A stretch of 64,000 nucleotides of DNA from Alphaproteobacteria bacterium (GCA_965248835.1 CBDFLJ010000002.1:1696001-1760000), one strand, 5' to 3'; positions 9,092 through 19,807 are shown, counted from the first letter of the stretch. Made by a program: numbers and translations. The notes: generated by a model from the letters alone, not told the origin.

Positions 9092-10785
9092 GCGACCCAC
9101 TCGCTGACCGGGGCGGAAGCCTCGTGCAGCGGCTGGCAGAGGATGTCGACCAGGCTCGGACCGGGATGCGCGATGGCCTGGCCCAGGGCGTCGGCCAAGG
9201 CGGCCGGCTCGGTGACGCGCCACGATCTGATTCCGTAGGCCTCGGCAACCCTGGCGTGATCGGTGCGCGAAAAATCCACCGAGAAATAGCGCCCGCCATA
9301 GCCCGACTTCTGCCCGGCCTTGATCCAGCCGAAGCTCGCGTTCGAGATCACCACGAGGCTCACCGGGATGCCCAGCCGGACGATCGTCTCCATCTCGCCC
9401 GCGGCAAAGCCGAAGCTGCCGTCGCCCATCACCGCGACGCACTTGGCGCCGGGCCGGCCGAAATGCGCACCGACCGAGGCCGGCAGGGCATAGCCCAGCG
9501 CGCCGTGGGCGCGGTTGGACAGGAACTGGCGGCCGGAGCGGTCGAATTGGTAATAGGCCGAAAGATAGGGGCACGGCGTACCCGGATCGGCGATGACGAC
9601 CGCATCGCCGGGGAGAACGGCCTGGAGGGCGGCGACCACCCGTTCGGGCCTGATCGGCCTGTCCTGCGACCGGGCAAGCGTATCGAAGGCCGCGAACTTC
9701 TCGTGCTTGCGCGCGGCGACGAATGCCGCATCCAGCCGCCCTGCCCTGCCGGTCGCGCCGCGGAGGGCAACCCCCAAGGCCTCCAGGCTCAGCCTGGCAT
9801 CGCCGAGGACTGCCGCGTCGGTGCGGTAGTTTGCCCCGATCACCGCCGCGTCGGTATCGATATGGGCGATCGCGGCGGCACCCGGCGCCGGATGGCGCCA
9901 GCGTTCGGTGGTCACCGACCCGGCCCGGCAGCCGACGAAGATCACTAGGTCGGCCGCCTCGACGATCGCCCGCGTCTGCGGCGTGCCGCCGTTGCTGCCG
10001 ACCACGCCGACCGCAAGCGGGTGGCTGTCGGCGATGCTGCCCTGCCCGCTGATGGTGGTCGCGACCGGCGCCCCGAGCCGTTCGGCGAGCCGGCGCAGGG
10101 CGTCCTCGGCGCCGGCGATCACAACGCCGCCGCCGCATATGAAGACCGGAGCGGAGGCGGCCCCGATCACCTCGGCCGCGCGGGCGATCGCATCGGGGTC
10201 CGGCGCGGCCCGACGGGCCGGATAGCGACCGAACGTCTCGTCCGCCCAGACATCGGCCTCTTCGACCGGATCACGCTGGACGTCATAGGGCAGGCCGATA
10301 TGGGCGGCCCCCGGGGTGCCGGTGGTCATCGCGGTGAAGGCCGCGCGCACGGTCCGCGGGATGTCCTGGGCACGGTCGATCACCGCGTTCCATTTGGTCA
10401 GCGGGCGGTACAGCGCTTCCTGGTCGAGCTCGGTCAGGGTGAACCGCCCGCGTGAGGACACCGAAATGTCGCTGGTGATCGCAAGCACCGGGATCGAAGA
10501 CTCGTTGGCCTCCACCACCCCGGGCAGCATATAGGTCGCCCCGCCGCCGGACGGCCCCTCGCACACGCCGACCCGGCCGCTGACCCGGGCGTAGGCATCG
10601 GCCATGTAGGCGGCCGAGCGCTCGTCGCGGGTCAGCACATGGGTGATGCCGTGATCGAGTCCGGCCAGCGCGTCGTAGAGCGGCAGGCTGGTGTCGCCGC
10701 ACAGGCCGAAGATCACCTCCACCCCGTGATGCTGCAACATCCGGACGGTCGCTTCCGCGCCGGAGAGCCGATTGGTGTCCCGCAT
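9088..10785 (-). CDS. Thiamine pyrophosphate-binding enzyme (acetolactate synthase large subunit-like)
   Basis: FGLCGD, RDERSAAYMADAYAR, TPP motif GDGSFGF...N. Confidence 0.9.
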   Translation of the reverse strand: MRDTNRLSGAEATVRMLQHHGVEVIFGLCGDTSLPLYDALAGLDHGITHVLTRDERSAAYMADAYARVSGRVGVCEGPSGGGATYMLPGVVEANESSIPVLAITSDISVSSRGRFTLTELDQEALYRPLTKWNAVIDRAQDIPRTVRAAFTAMTTGTPGAAHIGLPYDVQRDPVEEADVWADETFGRYPARRAAPDPDAIARAAEVIGAASAPVFICGGGVVIAGAEDALRRLAERLGAPVATTISGQGSIADSHPLAVGVVGSNGGTPQTRAIVEAADLVIFVGCRAGSVTTERWRHPAPGAAAIAHIDTDAAVIGANYRTDAAVLGDARLSLEALGVALRGATGRAGRLDAAFVAARKHEKFAAFDTLARSQDRPIRPERVVAALQAVLPGDAVVIADPGTPCPYLSAYYQFDRSGRQFLSNRAHGALGYALPASVGAHFGRPGAKCVAVMGDGSFGFAAGEMETIVRLGIPVSLVVISNASFGWIKAGQKSGYGGRYFSVDFSRTDHARVAEAYGIRSWRVTEPAALADALGQAIAHPGPSLVDILCQPLHEASAPVSEWVA

Positions 10786-10788
10786 CGC

Positions 10789-11766
10789 TCAGGGAATCAG
10801 AATGACCGAGCCCGTGGTGCGCCGGGCCGCCATGTCGATATGGGCCTGGGCGGCCTCGGCCAGGGGATAGGTGTGACCGATCCTGATCTTGACCGCGCCC
10901 GTGCGCACCACCTCGAACAGCGAGTCGGCGAGGTCGAGGAACTCCGCCCGCGTCCGCGTGTAGTGCGGCAGGCTGGGATGGGTGAGGTAGACCGAGCCCT
11001 GCGGCCCGAGCCGCCGCGGATCGACCAGCGGCGGATCGCCCGAAGCCTCGCCGTACTGGGCCAGGACGCCGCGCGTCGCAAGGCTCGCAAACGAGCCTTC
11101 GAAAGTGTCCTTGCCGACCGAGTCGTAGACCGCCTGGACCCCCTGCCCGTCGGTGATCTCGCGCACCCGCGCGGCGAAATCCTCGCGCGCATAGACGATC
11201 GTGTGGTCGCAGCCGTGGGAAGCGGCAAGATCCGCCTTCTCCTCGGTGCCGACGGTGCCGATCACCCGCGCCCCGACCGCCTTGGCCCACTGGCACAGGA
11301 TGAGCCCGACCCCGCCGGCGGCCGCATGGACCAGGACGGTATCGCCGGGCTGGACCGCATAGGTCCTGCGCAGCAGGTAGCTCGCGGTCATCCCCTTGAC
11401 CATCATCGCCGCGGCGGTGTGCTCATCGATGCCTTCGGGCAGCGTCAGGGTGCGGGCGGCCGGGGCGATTCGGGCCTCGGCATAGGCCCCGTCGCCGCCG
11501 CCCTGAGCGACAACAAGCTGGCCGACCGCAAGCCCCTCGACCGCCTCGCCCACCGCCTCGATCACCCCCGCACCCTCGACGCCGAGCGCGGCCGGGAACC
11601 CCTCGACCGGATGCTGGCCGATCCGGCGGTAGATATCGCGGTAGTTCACCCCGACCGCGGTCTGGCGGATCAGCACCTGGTCCGGTCCGGGGGCGCCGAG
11701 ATCGACATCCTCCAGCTTGAGGACCTCGGGACCGCCGAGCTTATGGAAGCGGATCGCCCTGGTCAT
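10789..11766 (-). CDS. qor: NADPH:quinone oxidoreductase (zeta-crystallin/MDR family)
   Basis: GGPEVL, GVNYRD, LGVEGAG, HAAAGGVG, YDSVGKDTF, RRTTGS. Confidence 0.88.
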   Translation of the reverse strand: MTRAIRFHKLGGPEVLKLEDVDLGAPGPDQVLIRQTAVGVNYRDIYRRIGQHPVEGFPAALGVEGAGVIEAVGEAVEGLAVGQLVVAQGGGDGAYAEARIAPAARTLTLPEGIDEHTAAAMMVKGMTASYLLRRTYAVQPGDTVLVHAAAGGVGLILCQWAKAVGARVIGTVGTEEKADLAASHGCDHTIVYAREDFAARVREITDGQGVQAVYDSVGKDTFEGSFASLATRGVLAQYGEASGDPPLVDPRRLGPQGSVYLTHPSLPHYTRTRAEFLDLADSLFEVVRTGAVKIRIGHTYPLAEAAQAHIDMAARRTTGSVILIP

Positions 11767-11907
11767 CCGGGTGACCCCGCGACGGCGTCGCTTCCGGGTA
11801 TCGTCATCGGCGTCCTGCTCCCGTGCCGGTTCGGCGGCCAGAATGTCGGAATTGACCGCCAGGGTCTATCGCCGCACCGTCCGACCTGGGAGATTGGCCG
11901 CCGAATC

Positions 11908-13311
11908 ATGACAACAGCCCAGGAACAGCCTTCCGAGACGCCCTGGTCGGAGATTTTTTTCGGCCGTTACGGGCTCTATACGTTCCTGCTGGTCCTCGGC
12001 ATGTCGCTCTACGCGGTCAACCAGTTCGTCGTCGCGACGATCATGCCTTCGATCGCTGCCGATCTCGGCGGGGTGGACTACTACACCTGGTCGTTCTCGC
12101 TGTTTGCCGTCGGCGCCATCGCAGGCTCGGCCAGCGCGGCCCCGCTGCGCGCGGCCTGGGGCATGAGGCGGGCCTTCGCCGGCGCCGGCGTCGTGCTGGG
12201 GATCGGGCTCGCCGGCGCGGCGGTCGCGGGCGACATGCCGAGCCTGGTCGGCTGGCGACTGGTCCAGGGGTTCGGCGGCGGCGCGGTCGCATCGCACGGC
12301 TACGGGCTGATCGCGATCACCTACCCGCCGCGCCTTCAGAGCCGGGCGCTCGGCGTGGTCTCCACCGTCTGGGGGGTATCGACCGCGGCCGGCCCTGGCT
12401 TCGGCGCTATTTTTGCCGAGATCGGGATCTGGCGCGGCGCGTTCTGGAGCCTTCTGGGCTTCGCCGCCTTGTTCTCCGGGCTCGCCTGGCGCCTGGTCGA
12501 GGGCGAGCACGGACATGGCCGGATCTCGCAGATCCCTCTCGGACGCCTGGCGCTTTTGTGCCTGGCCGTCCTGTCGATGAGCGCGACCTCGCTTGCCATG
12601 CCGCCCATGGGCCAGGCCGCGCTGATCCTCGCCTCGATCGCCGCCGCGGCGCTGGCCTTTCTCGGCGATGCCCGCTCCGAGGACAGGATCTTCCCGCGCG
12701 GCGCCGCCCTGCCCACCTCGATGATCGGCGCGGTCTGCTGGATCCTGTTCCTGGTGTCCATTGTGCTCTCGCTGTCCAACACGTTTGCGACCTTCTTCCT
12801 CCAGGCGTTGCACGGGGTCTCGCCGCTTGCGGCGGGCTATATCTTCGCGGCGCAGTCGATCATGTGGACGGTGACCGCGCTTGCCGTCGCCAACGCCCGC
12901 GAAGGGCGGGAGACGGTGTTCATCCTCGCCGGTCTGGTGGTGATGCTGGCCGCCACGGCAGCGATCGCGCTGTTCGTCGATGCCGGCCCGGTGGCGCTGA
13001 TCGCGATCGCACTGGCCTTTAGCGGCGTCGGGCTCGGCGCGCTCAACAACCCGGTGATCCAGAGCATCATCGCCGCGGCCCCGGAGGCGGAAAAGCACGC
13101 CGCGGGCACCTCGGTCCAGACCATCCGCAATATCGGAATCTCTTTCGGCGCGGCAATAGCCGGCCTGGTCGCGGCCGCGGCCGGTCTCGCCGATGGCGTC
13201 GGCCGCGCGGTAACCGCCGCGGCGATGGAATGGGTGTTCGGCGTCGGTGCCGTCTTCGCCGCCGCCGGCCTTGCGCTGGTGCTGGCGAACATGGTTCGAT
13301 CGCGGCGATGA
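11908..13311 (+). CDS. MFS transporter (drug:H+ antiporter-like)
   Basis: Many hydrophobic helices; RLVQGFGGG motif B, AGP motif C; start chosen at ATG 11908. Confidence 0.85.
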   Translation: MTTAQEQPSETPWSEIFFGRYGLYTFLLVLGMSLYAVNQFVVATIMPSIAADLGGVDYYTWSFSLFAVGAIAGSASAAPLRAAWGMRRAFAGAGVVLGIGLAGAAVAGDMPSLVGWRLVQGFGGGAVASHGYGLIAITYPPRLQSRALGVVSTVWGVSTAAGPGFGAIFAEIGIWRGAFWSLLGFAALFSGLAWRLVEGEHGHGRISQIPLGRLALLCLAVLSMSATSLAMPPMGQAALILASIAAAALAFLGDARSEDRIFPRGAALPTSMIGAVCWILFLVSIVLSLSNTFATFFLQALHGVSPLAAGYIFAAQSIMWTVTALAVANAREGRETVFILAGLVVMLAATAAIALFVDAGPVALIAIALAFSGVGLGALNNPVIQSIIAAAPEAEKHAAGTSVQTIRNIGISFGAAIAGLVAAAAGLADGVGRAVTAAAMEWVFGVGAVFAAAGLALVLANMVRSRR

Positions 13312-13328
13312 CACCGCGGAGAGATCCC

Positions 13329-14333
13329 ATGGCATCGAACGGCATACCGCTGATCGATATTGCGCCGATGCTGGCCGGCGACCCGTTGGGCAAGCGGAGG
13401 ATCGCCGCCGAGGTCGGCGAAGCGCTCGAGACGATCGGCTTCTTCACCATTGTGGGACACGGCGTCCCGCAGGACCTGGTGGACGAGGTCCGCGACATCG
13501 CCTACGCGTTCTTCGCGCTGCCGCTTGAAGAGAAGATGCGGATCCCGCGGCCCAGCACGGCCGCGACCCGGGGCTATGATCCTCCGGCGAACCAGGCGCT
13601 GGCCGCCACCTTGGGAAACGAGTCTCCGCCCGACCTGCAGGAGATGTTCGGCATGGGGGATTTCGACCTGCCGGAAGATCTCTACTACACCGAGGGCCAC
13701 GGCAAAGACTTCTTCTCGCCCAACCTGTGGCCGGAACGTCCGGCGGCGATGCGGTCGAAATTCGAGGCCTATTATCGGGCGCTCGGCGGTATCGGTGACG
13801 AACTGATGCGGATCTTTGCGCTGGCGCTGGGAATCGACGAGTACTATTTCGACGACAAGATCGCGCGGTCGATCAGCCATATCCGCTTCAACAAATACAT
13901 GGCCCAGCCTGAGACCCCGCTGGCTGGCCAGCTCCGTGCCGGCGCCCATACCGACTACGGCACGCTCACCATCCTCTATGGCGAGGACAAGCCGGGCGGG
14001 CTGCAGGCCTTCGGCCCGGGCCGGGAATGGATCGACGTCCGTCCCCCGCCGGGCGCGTTCGTGGTCAATATCGGCGACATGATGGCGCGCTGGACCAACG
14101 ACCGCTGGGTGTCGACGCTGCACCGGGTGGTCAACCCGCCGCGATCCGAAGACCGGGCGGAACGGCTGTCGATCGCCTTTTTCCACCAGCCCGGCCACGA
14201 TGTGGAGATCCGCTGCATCGAGACCTGCCACGGCCCCGGCAACCCGATCGAATACCCGCCGGTGAGGTATGGCGATTACCGCTTCGAGAAGGTGCTCAGC
14301 AGCCGGATCGACGAGGCGGCGGTATCGGCCTGA
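13329..14333 (+). CDS. Isopenicillin N synthase-family 2OG-Fe(II) oxygenase
   Basis: IPLIDI, GFFTIVGHGV, HTDYG (HxD), LHRV, RLSIAFF (RxS). Confidence 0.92.
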   Translation: MASNGIPLIDIAPMLAGDPLGKRRIAAEVGEALETIGFFTIVGHGVPQDLVDEVRDIAYAFFALPLEEKMRIPRPSTAATRGYDPPANQALAATLGNESPPDLQEMFGMGDFDLPEDLYYTEGHGKDFFSPNLWPERPAAMRSKFEAYYRALGGIGDELMRIFALALGIDEYYFDDKIARSISHIRFNKYMAQPETPLAGQLRAGAHTDYGTLTILYGEDKPGGLQAFGPGREWIDVRPPPGAFVVNIGDMMARWTNDRWVSTLHRVVNPPRSEDRAERLSIAFFHQPGHDVEIRCIETCHGPGNPIEYPPVRYGDYRFEKVLSSRIDEAAVSA

Positions 14334-14450
14334 ACCCGATCAGGTCGCGCGCCGCAGGCGGTCCGGCAGCCTGCGGGCTCAAGGCTTCAACCCGGCGTCC
14401 GGTGCTGTAGACTGGCCGCAACCGACCGGACGCCACCGAGGAGACCCCGC

Positions 14451-15407
14451 ATGCCGCGATTCAAGGACTTCGAGCCGACCGGCGTGATCCCGGCGACGCT
14501 CCTCGCCTTCAACGAGGATTTCTCGATCGACGAGGCCGCGACCCGCCAGCACCTGCGCGAGGTGTGCGCGACCGAGGGGATTTCGGCGGTCGCGGTCAAC
14601 GCCCATGCCTCGGAAGTCCATGCCTGCAGCTTCGAGGAGCAGGTGCGCATCCTGGCGCTCACCATGGAAGAGGTCGGCGACCGCCTGCCGGTGATCAACG
14701 GCGTTTATGCCGACGGCAGCCTGGAGGCCGCACGGATCGCGCGCATGGCCGAGGACGGCGGCGCCTCGGCGGTCCTGGTCCTGCCGCCCCATTCGATCGG
14801 GCTGTTCGACGGCCAGCGCCGCCCGGAGATGGCGCTCACCCATTTCAAGATCATCGCGGACGCCACCGACCTGCCGATCATCGTCTTTCAGTATCCCGGT
14901 GCTTACGCCTACCCGCTGGACACGCTGCTGGCGATGATCGATGCGGTCCCCAGCATCCGCGCGATCAAGGACTGGTCGCCGCCGATGGTCCACGACAAGC
15001 ACATTCGCACGCTCCAGTCGCTGCCGCGTCCGGTCCACGTCCTGTCCACCAACAGCGCCTGGCTCCTGGCCTCGCTGACCATGGGTTGCCACGGGCTGTT
15101 GTCGGGCTCGGGCAGCGTGATCGCCGATTTGCAGGTCGCGCTGTTTCGGGCCGTCAAGGCGGGCGACCTCGAGCGGGCAAGGGAGATCAACGAGCGCATC
15201 CACCCGACGGCGGCCTGCTTTTATGCCGATCCCTCCGGCGACATGCACAACCGCATGAAGGAGGCGCTGGTGATCCTCGGTCGGATGCCGCGCGCGGTCG
15301 TCCGCCCGCCGCTGGTCAAGCCCGATCCCGAGGAGATCAAGCGCATCGCCAAGGCGATGGCCGATGCGGGGATCACCCGCGAGGGCGCGCTGTCCGCCGC
15401 CGCGTGA
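14451..15407 (+). CDS. Dihydrodipicolinate synthase-family aldolase/lyase
   Basis: GVIPA, NAHASE, LPIIVFQYP, Schiff-base lysine in AIKDWS, VVRPPL. Confidence 0.88.
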   Translation: MPRFKDFEPTGVIPATLLAFNEDFSIDEAATRQHLREVCATEGISAVAVNAHASEVHACSFEEQVRILALTMEEVGDRLPVINGVYADGSLEAARIARMAEDGGASAVLVLPPHSIGLFDGQRRPEMALTHFKIIADATDLPIIVFQYPGAYAYPLDTLLAMIDAVPSIRAIKDWSPPMVHDKHIRTLQSLPRPVHVLSTNSAWLLASLTMGCHGLLSGSGSVIADLQVALFRAVKAGDLERAREINERIHPTAACFYADPSGDMHNRMKEALVILGRMPRAVVRPPLVKPDPEEIKRIAKAMADAGITREGALSAAA

Positions 15408-15485
15408 GAGCCCCGGGCGCACGATGAGCCCGATCGACACAGAGGATCTCGGCTTGGCGCCGGGCCAGCTTGTTGGAAACACGCG

Positions 15486-16916
15486 TTAGCGCTTGGACTT
15501 GATTTCCGGCTTGGGCAGGGTGACGCGCGCTTCCAGCCCGCCGCCTTCGCGGTCGGTGAGCGTGATGTCGCCGCCGTGACGGCGGATTGCCGCCCGCGCG
15601 ATCGACAGGCCAAGGCCGGAGCCGCCGGTTTCGCGGCTGCGCGAGGCTTCGAGGCGGTAAAAGGGGGCGAAAACGGCTTCACGCTCGGCCTCGGGGATGC
15701 CGGGGCCGCGATCGGCGACGGTGATCCGGACCGCTCTGGCGTCTTCGGACAGCCTCACGGCGGCCTCGCCGCCATAGGTGATGGCGTTGTCGATCAGGTT
15801 CGACAGCACCCGGCGGACCGCGACGGGGCTGCAGGGAAGCGTCAAGTGGTCCGGCCCCTCGTAGCGCACGGTGCCGCCGGCATCGCTCACGTTATCGCAC
15901 AGCGTCTGGACCAGCGAGGCGAGGTCAACCGGGCGCTGAGCCTCACCCGTGGCCTCGTCCTTCGCGAAGGAAAGCGTGGCTTCGAGCATCACCTGCATCT
16001 CTGCCAGATCGTCCTCGGCCTTCCGGCGCTGGACCTCGTCAGGAATTGATTCGGTCCTCAGCCGAAGGCGGGTCAGCGCGGTACGCATGTCGTGCGAGAT
16101 CGCCGCCAGCATCTGTGTGCGGTCATTGACCAACCGGCGCAGACGCTCCTGCATCTGGTTGAAGGTACGCGCCGCCCGGCGCAGTTCCGGCGAGCCGGTT
16201 TCGGGCAAGGGTTCGGCGGTGAACACGTCGCGCCCGATGCGGTCGGCCGCCGCGGCGAAGCGGGCGACCGGCGCGGTCACCCGGCGTGAGGCCCAGGTCG
16301 CGAACAGCGCAACGACGATGCCGCCGATAACGAACCAGGCCGTCATCCCGGCGGCCCAGCGCAGCGAGGTCAGCTCGGTCGAGGCGGTAAATACCACCCA
16401 GGAGCCGTCGGCGAGCTCGACCCCGATCACCGCCTTCCGCCGGCTCGGCAGCAGGTCGGGCTGGCCGTCATTGTCGCCGCCCTCGTCGAAGCCGCCGCCG
16501 CGGCGCCAACGGCGCCAGCCGCGGCGTCGGCCATCCTCGAAGACCGAGATCGACAGGTTGCGGTGGTCGAAGACGCCGAGGTGACCGCGGATAAAGCGCT
16601 CGGCGTCCCTTTCGCCCGAGCGCGGCACCGGGCGGGTCTCGGCCAGCGCGACGTGCAAGGTCGGGCTGTTGAGCGCCGCCAGCAGACCGGCGCGTCGGGC
16701 CTTGGGCCGGGCTTCCATCAGCGCGACGACCGCGGCCATGCGATCGACGGTGGAACGGGTGAACAACCTCAGCGTTACGTCCGCCCGGTCGCGCACATAG
16801 CCGATCATCGACAGCACCATCAGCGCAAACAGCGCAACCATCAGGACCACCGCGATCCGGGTCGCGACGCTGTCGGGCCACATCCGACGCAGTCCGCGTG
16901 CCAGTGCACCGGTCAC
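15486..16916 (-). CDS. HAMP-domain sensor histidine kinase (EnvZ/CpxA-like)
   Basis: Two TM segments, HAMP, H-box SHDMRT, NLIDNA, DRGPGI, GSGLGL. Confidence 0.93.
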   Translation of the reverse strand: MTGALARGLRRMWPDSVATRIAVVLMVALFALMVLSMIGYVRDRADVTLRLFTRSTVDRMAAVVALMEARPKARRAGLLAALNSPTLHVALAETRPVPRSGERDAERFIRGHLGVFDHRNLSISVFEDGRRRGWRRWRRGGGFDEGGDNDGQPDLLPSRRKAVIGVELADGSWVVFTASTELTSLRWAAGMTAWFVIGGIVVALFATWASRRVTAPVARFAAAADRIGRDVFTAEPLPETGSPELRRAARTFNQMQERLRRLVNDRTQMLAAISHDMRTALTRLRLRTESIPDEVQRRKAEDDLAEMQVMLEATLSFAKDEATGEAQRPVDLASLVQTLCDNVSDAGGTVRYEGPDHLTLPCSPVAVRRVLSNLIDNAITYGGEAAVRLSEDARAVRITVADRGPGIPEAEREAVFAPFYRLEASRSRETGGSGLGLSIARAAIRRHGGDITLTDREGGGLEARVTLPKPEIKSKR

Positions 16917-17632
16917 GTCTGTGCCACCGGGTTGGTGAAGATGTAGCCGCCGGACCGGACGGTCTTGATCATCTCCGGGTTCTTGGGATCGGCCTCGATC
17001 TTGCGCCGCAGCCGGCTGAGCTGGACGTCGATGCTACGGTCGAACGGCTGGGCGTCGCGGCCCTTGGTCAGGTCCAGAAGCTGATCGCGCGAGAGCACCC
17101 GCTGCGGATGCTCGGCAAACGCAACCAGGAGGTCGAACTCGCCGGCGGTGAGCGCGACCAGCACGCCGTCGGGCGAGAACAGCTCGCGCCGCGATGGGTC
17201 GATCCGCCAGCCGGCGAAGGCCAGCGTTGGGTTGGCGCCCTCGCCCGCCGGCCCGCCGATGCCGTCCGCCCGGCGCAGCACAGCACGGATGCGCGCCAGG
17301 AGCTCGCGCGGATTGAACGGCTTGGTGAGGTAGTCGTCGGCGCCGATCTCCAGCCCGATGATGCGGTCGGTGTCCTCGGCGACGGCCGTCAGCATGATGA
17401 TCGGCAACCCGGTCGAGGCCCTGAGCCGGCGGCAGATCGACAGCCCGTCCTCGCCCGGCAGCATGATGTCGAGCACCACCAGATCAAACCTTCCGCCCTG
17501 CAGCAGGCGGTCCATCGCCTTGGCATCGGGCGCGGCATCGACGCGCAAGCCGTGCTTTTTCAGATAGCGCCCGGTCAGGTCGCGGATCTCGCGGTCGTCG
17601 TCGACGATCAGGACGTGCGGGGACGCGCTCAT
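16913..17632 (-). CDS. OmpR-family response regulator
   Basis: VDDD, LDIMLPG, KPF, wHTH DRSIDV...IKTVRSGGY; overlaps kinase start by 4 bp. Confidence 0.95.
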   Translation of the reverse strand: MSASPHVLIVDDDREIRDLTGRYLKKHGLRVDAAPDAKAMDRLLQGGRFDLVVLDIMLPGEDGLSICRRLRASTGLPIIMLTAVAEDTDRIIGLEIGADDYLTKPFNPRELLARIRAVLRRADGIGGPAGEGANPTLAFAGWRIDPSRRELFSPDGVLVALTAGEFDLLVAFAEHPQRVLSRDQLLDLTKGRDAQPFDRSIDVQLSRLRRKIEADPKNPEMIKTVRSGGYIFTNPVAQT

Positions 17633-17672
17633 CGCCCGACTATAGTCGAGCCCGACGGGCGCGCCGGACCGA

Positions 17673-17752
17673 ATTTGTAACGCTCGGTGTCCCGGCGGCG
17701 CCCTGAAACGCGCTGTTACAAATCCCCCGGTCCGGCGAAACACGCGTGCAAA
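17673..17752. promoter_or_regulatory. Putative OmpR-type binding region between divergent regulator and Spy/CpxP-like gene
   Basis: Perfect 9-bp inverted repeat ATTTGTAAC (17673-17681) / GTTACAAAT (17715-17723), plus GAAAC/GTTAC-like half-sites about 11 bp apart. Confidence 0.45.
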
Positions 17753-17801
17753 ACCCGGCGCCTATATCTGCTGCGTGCGATCACCCAAGGAGGTTCATGC
17801 C

Positions 17802-18293
17802 ATGTCACGCCGAACGATCATCCTGTCGATATCATCCGTTGCCGCCCTCGCGCTGGTCGCGGTCGCCGTGTTGGCGACCCGGCCCGGCGGGGCGATCGCC
17901 CACGGCCGCTGGAGCGGCCACGGCGGCTGGGACGGGCACGGCGCAAAGGCGCTGTGCAGCGACCGGCGCGACACCCGCGTGTCGGCCGCAACCAGCTTCG
18001 TGGAAGCCTTCGTCAGCTTCACACCGGAGCAGACCGCATCGTGGAACACGCTCAAAGCTGCGCTCGAGGTCGGCAGCCGGAAGATCGGCGAGGCCTGCGA
18101 GTCCACCGATGCGCAGGCAGCGGCGAACACCGCGCCGCAGCATCTGGCCCGGGTCGAACTCGCGCTCGGCACCGCGTTTGGGATCGTCCGGGACGTCCGG
18201 CCGGCATTCGATGACCTCTATTCGAAGCTGTCGGACGAGCAACGCGCGCGGATCGACGAAATGATCTCCAAGCGCGGCCGCCATCATCGCTGA
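17802..18293 (+). CDS. Spy/CpxP (LTXXQ) family periplasmic protein
   Basis: AAGGAGG RBS, signal peptide, FTPEQ and LSDEQ repeats, His-rich segments; divergent from the two-component system. Confidence 0.78.
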   Translation: MSRRTIILSISSVAALALVAVAVLATRPGGAIAHGRWSGHGGWDGHGAKALCSDRRDTRVSAATSFVEAFVSFTPEQTASWNTLKAALEVGSRKIGEACESTDAQAAANTAPQHLARVELALGTAFGIVRDVRPAFDDLYSKLSDEQRARIDEMISKRGRHHR

Positions 18294-18301
18294 TCGAATG
18301 A

Positions 18302-18339
18302 CCGTGCGAGGCCGGCCCTCCGGGGCCGGCCTCGCACGG
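18302..18339 (+). terminator. Strong GC hairpin downstream of the Spy-like gene
   Basis: Perfect 17-bp stem CCGTGCGAGGCCGGCCC / GGGCCGGCCTCGCACGG with TCCG loop; no U-tract. Confidence 0.6.
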
Positions 18340-18433
18340 GGCACGCCTGTGGTCTACGATCGGGACTGCAGGCAGCGCGTTACCGGCTCTTTCCGCGCCC
18401 AGCCGAACCCGCGACTCGCCAAGGAGGCCCGCA

Positions 18434-19807
18434 ATGAGCCGTGACGGCGCAATCGCGAGGGCCGAGGCCTATTTCGACGGCGGCGGATTCGCCGAGGATC
18501 TGGCACGGCGGGTCGCGATCGCAACGACCAGCCAGGACGCGGCGGCGAGCGAAGAGCTTACGCGTTATCTCCGTGTGGAGCTCCTGCCGAGCCTCGAGGC
18601 GCTGGGCTTCTCGGGAAAGATCCTGGAAAACCCCGATGCGGGCGGCCCGCCCTTCCTGATCGCCGAGCGGATCGAGCCCGGGACCGAACTATGCGTGCTG
18701 AGCTATGCCCACGGCGACGTGCTGTTGGGTCAGGACGCGGGCTGGGCGGACGGGCTTGGCCCCTGGCGCCTGAGCCGCCGCGGCGAGCGGCTCTACGGCC
18801 GCGGGACCGCCGACAACAAAGGCCAGCACAGCATCAATCTGGGTGCGATGGCAGCGGTGATCGCCGAGCGCGGCCGGCTGGGGTTCAGCATGCGCGTCCT
18901 GTTCGAGATGGGCGAGGAGGTCGGCTCGCCGGGCTTGAGGACGCTGTGTACCGGCGCCGCGGGCGCGGCTCTTGCGGCCGACCTGTTCATCGCCTCGGAC
19001 GGGCCGCGGCTGGCCCATGACAGGCCGACGATCTTCCTCGGCTCGCGCGGCGCCCGGCCGATCGCGCTGTCGGTCGATTTGCGCGAAGGCGCCCACCACT
19101 CGGGCAATTGGGGCGGGGCGCTGGCCAACCCGGCGGCGATCCTGAGTGCCGCGATCGCCAGCATCATCGATCGAAACGGACGCATCCTCGTGCCGGAATG
19201 GCGGCCGATGCTGCCCGACTCGGTGCGCCGCGCATTGTCGGGGCTCGAGGTCTCCGGCGGTCCAGGCGGTCCCAGCGTCGATCCGGACTGGGGCGAGCCG
19301 GGCCTCACGCCCGCCGAGCGGGTCTATGGCTGGAACAGCTTCGAGGTCCTGGCGCTTCACGCCGGCACGCCGGAGGCGCCGGTCAACGCGATCCCGGGAT
19401 CGGCGCGCGCGGCCTGCCAGCTACGCTTCGTGGTCGGCACCGATGTCGAGGACATCATCCCGGCCTTGCGGCGCCATCTCGACCGGGAGGGGTTAGCCGC
19501 CGTGTCGGTGGCCGCGCACGGCGGCGGCAGCTTCCCGGCAACCCGGCTCGACCCGGACGACAGGTGGGTCGGCTTCGCTAAGGCCTCGATCGAAAAGACC
19601 ACGGGCGCGCCGCCGGTCGTCCTGCCCAATCTCGGCGGGTCGCTTCCCAACGATGTCTTCGCGGACATCCTGGGGTTGCCGACGATCTGGGTGCCACATT
19701 CCTATCCTGGCTGCTCGCAGCACGCCCCGAACGAGCACCTGCTGGCGCCGGTCGCCCGCCAGGGCCTGGCGATCATGGCCGGGCTGTTCTGGGATCTGGC
19801 GGCGTAA
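18434..19807 (+). CDS. M20 family metallopeptidase/amidohydrolase
   Basis: YAHGDV, GRGTADNKGQH, GEEVGS, SDG, HHSGNWGG, QHAPNE. Confidence 0.9.
   Translation: MSRDGAIARAEAYFDGGGFAEDLARRVAIATTSQDAAASEELTRYLRVELLPSLEALGFSGKILENPDAGGPPFLIAERIEPGTELCVLSYAHGDVLLGQDAGWADGLGPWRLSRRGERLYGRGTADNKGQHSINLGAMAAVIAERGRLGFSMRVLFEMGEEVGSPGLRTLCTGAAGAALAADLFIASDGPRLAHDRPTIFLGSRGARPIALSVDLREGAHHSGNWGGALANPAAILSAAIASIIDRNGRILVPEWRPMLPDSVRRALSGLEVSGGPGGPSVDPDWGEPGLTPAERVYGWNSFEVLALHAGTPEAPVNAIPGSARAACQLRFVVGTDVEDIIPALRRHLDREGLAAVSVAAHGGGSFPATRLDPDDRWVGFAKASIEKTTGAPPVVLPNLGGSLPNDVFADILGLPTIWVPHSYPGCSQHAPNEHLLAPVARQGLAIMAGLFWDLAA

Noticed and set aside
6968-10138. 1056-aa minus-strand ORF, and similar long ORFs at 19493-21943, 26589-28550, 2353-4035, 22560-24236 and 29160-30782
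   Set aside because: Arg/Gly/Pro-rich shadow frames of well-supported genes, expected in high-GC DNA; no motifs
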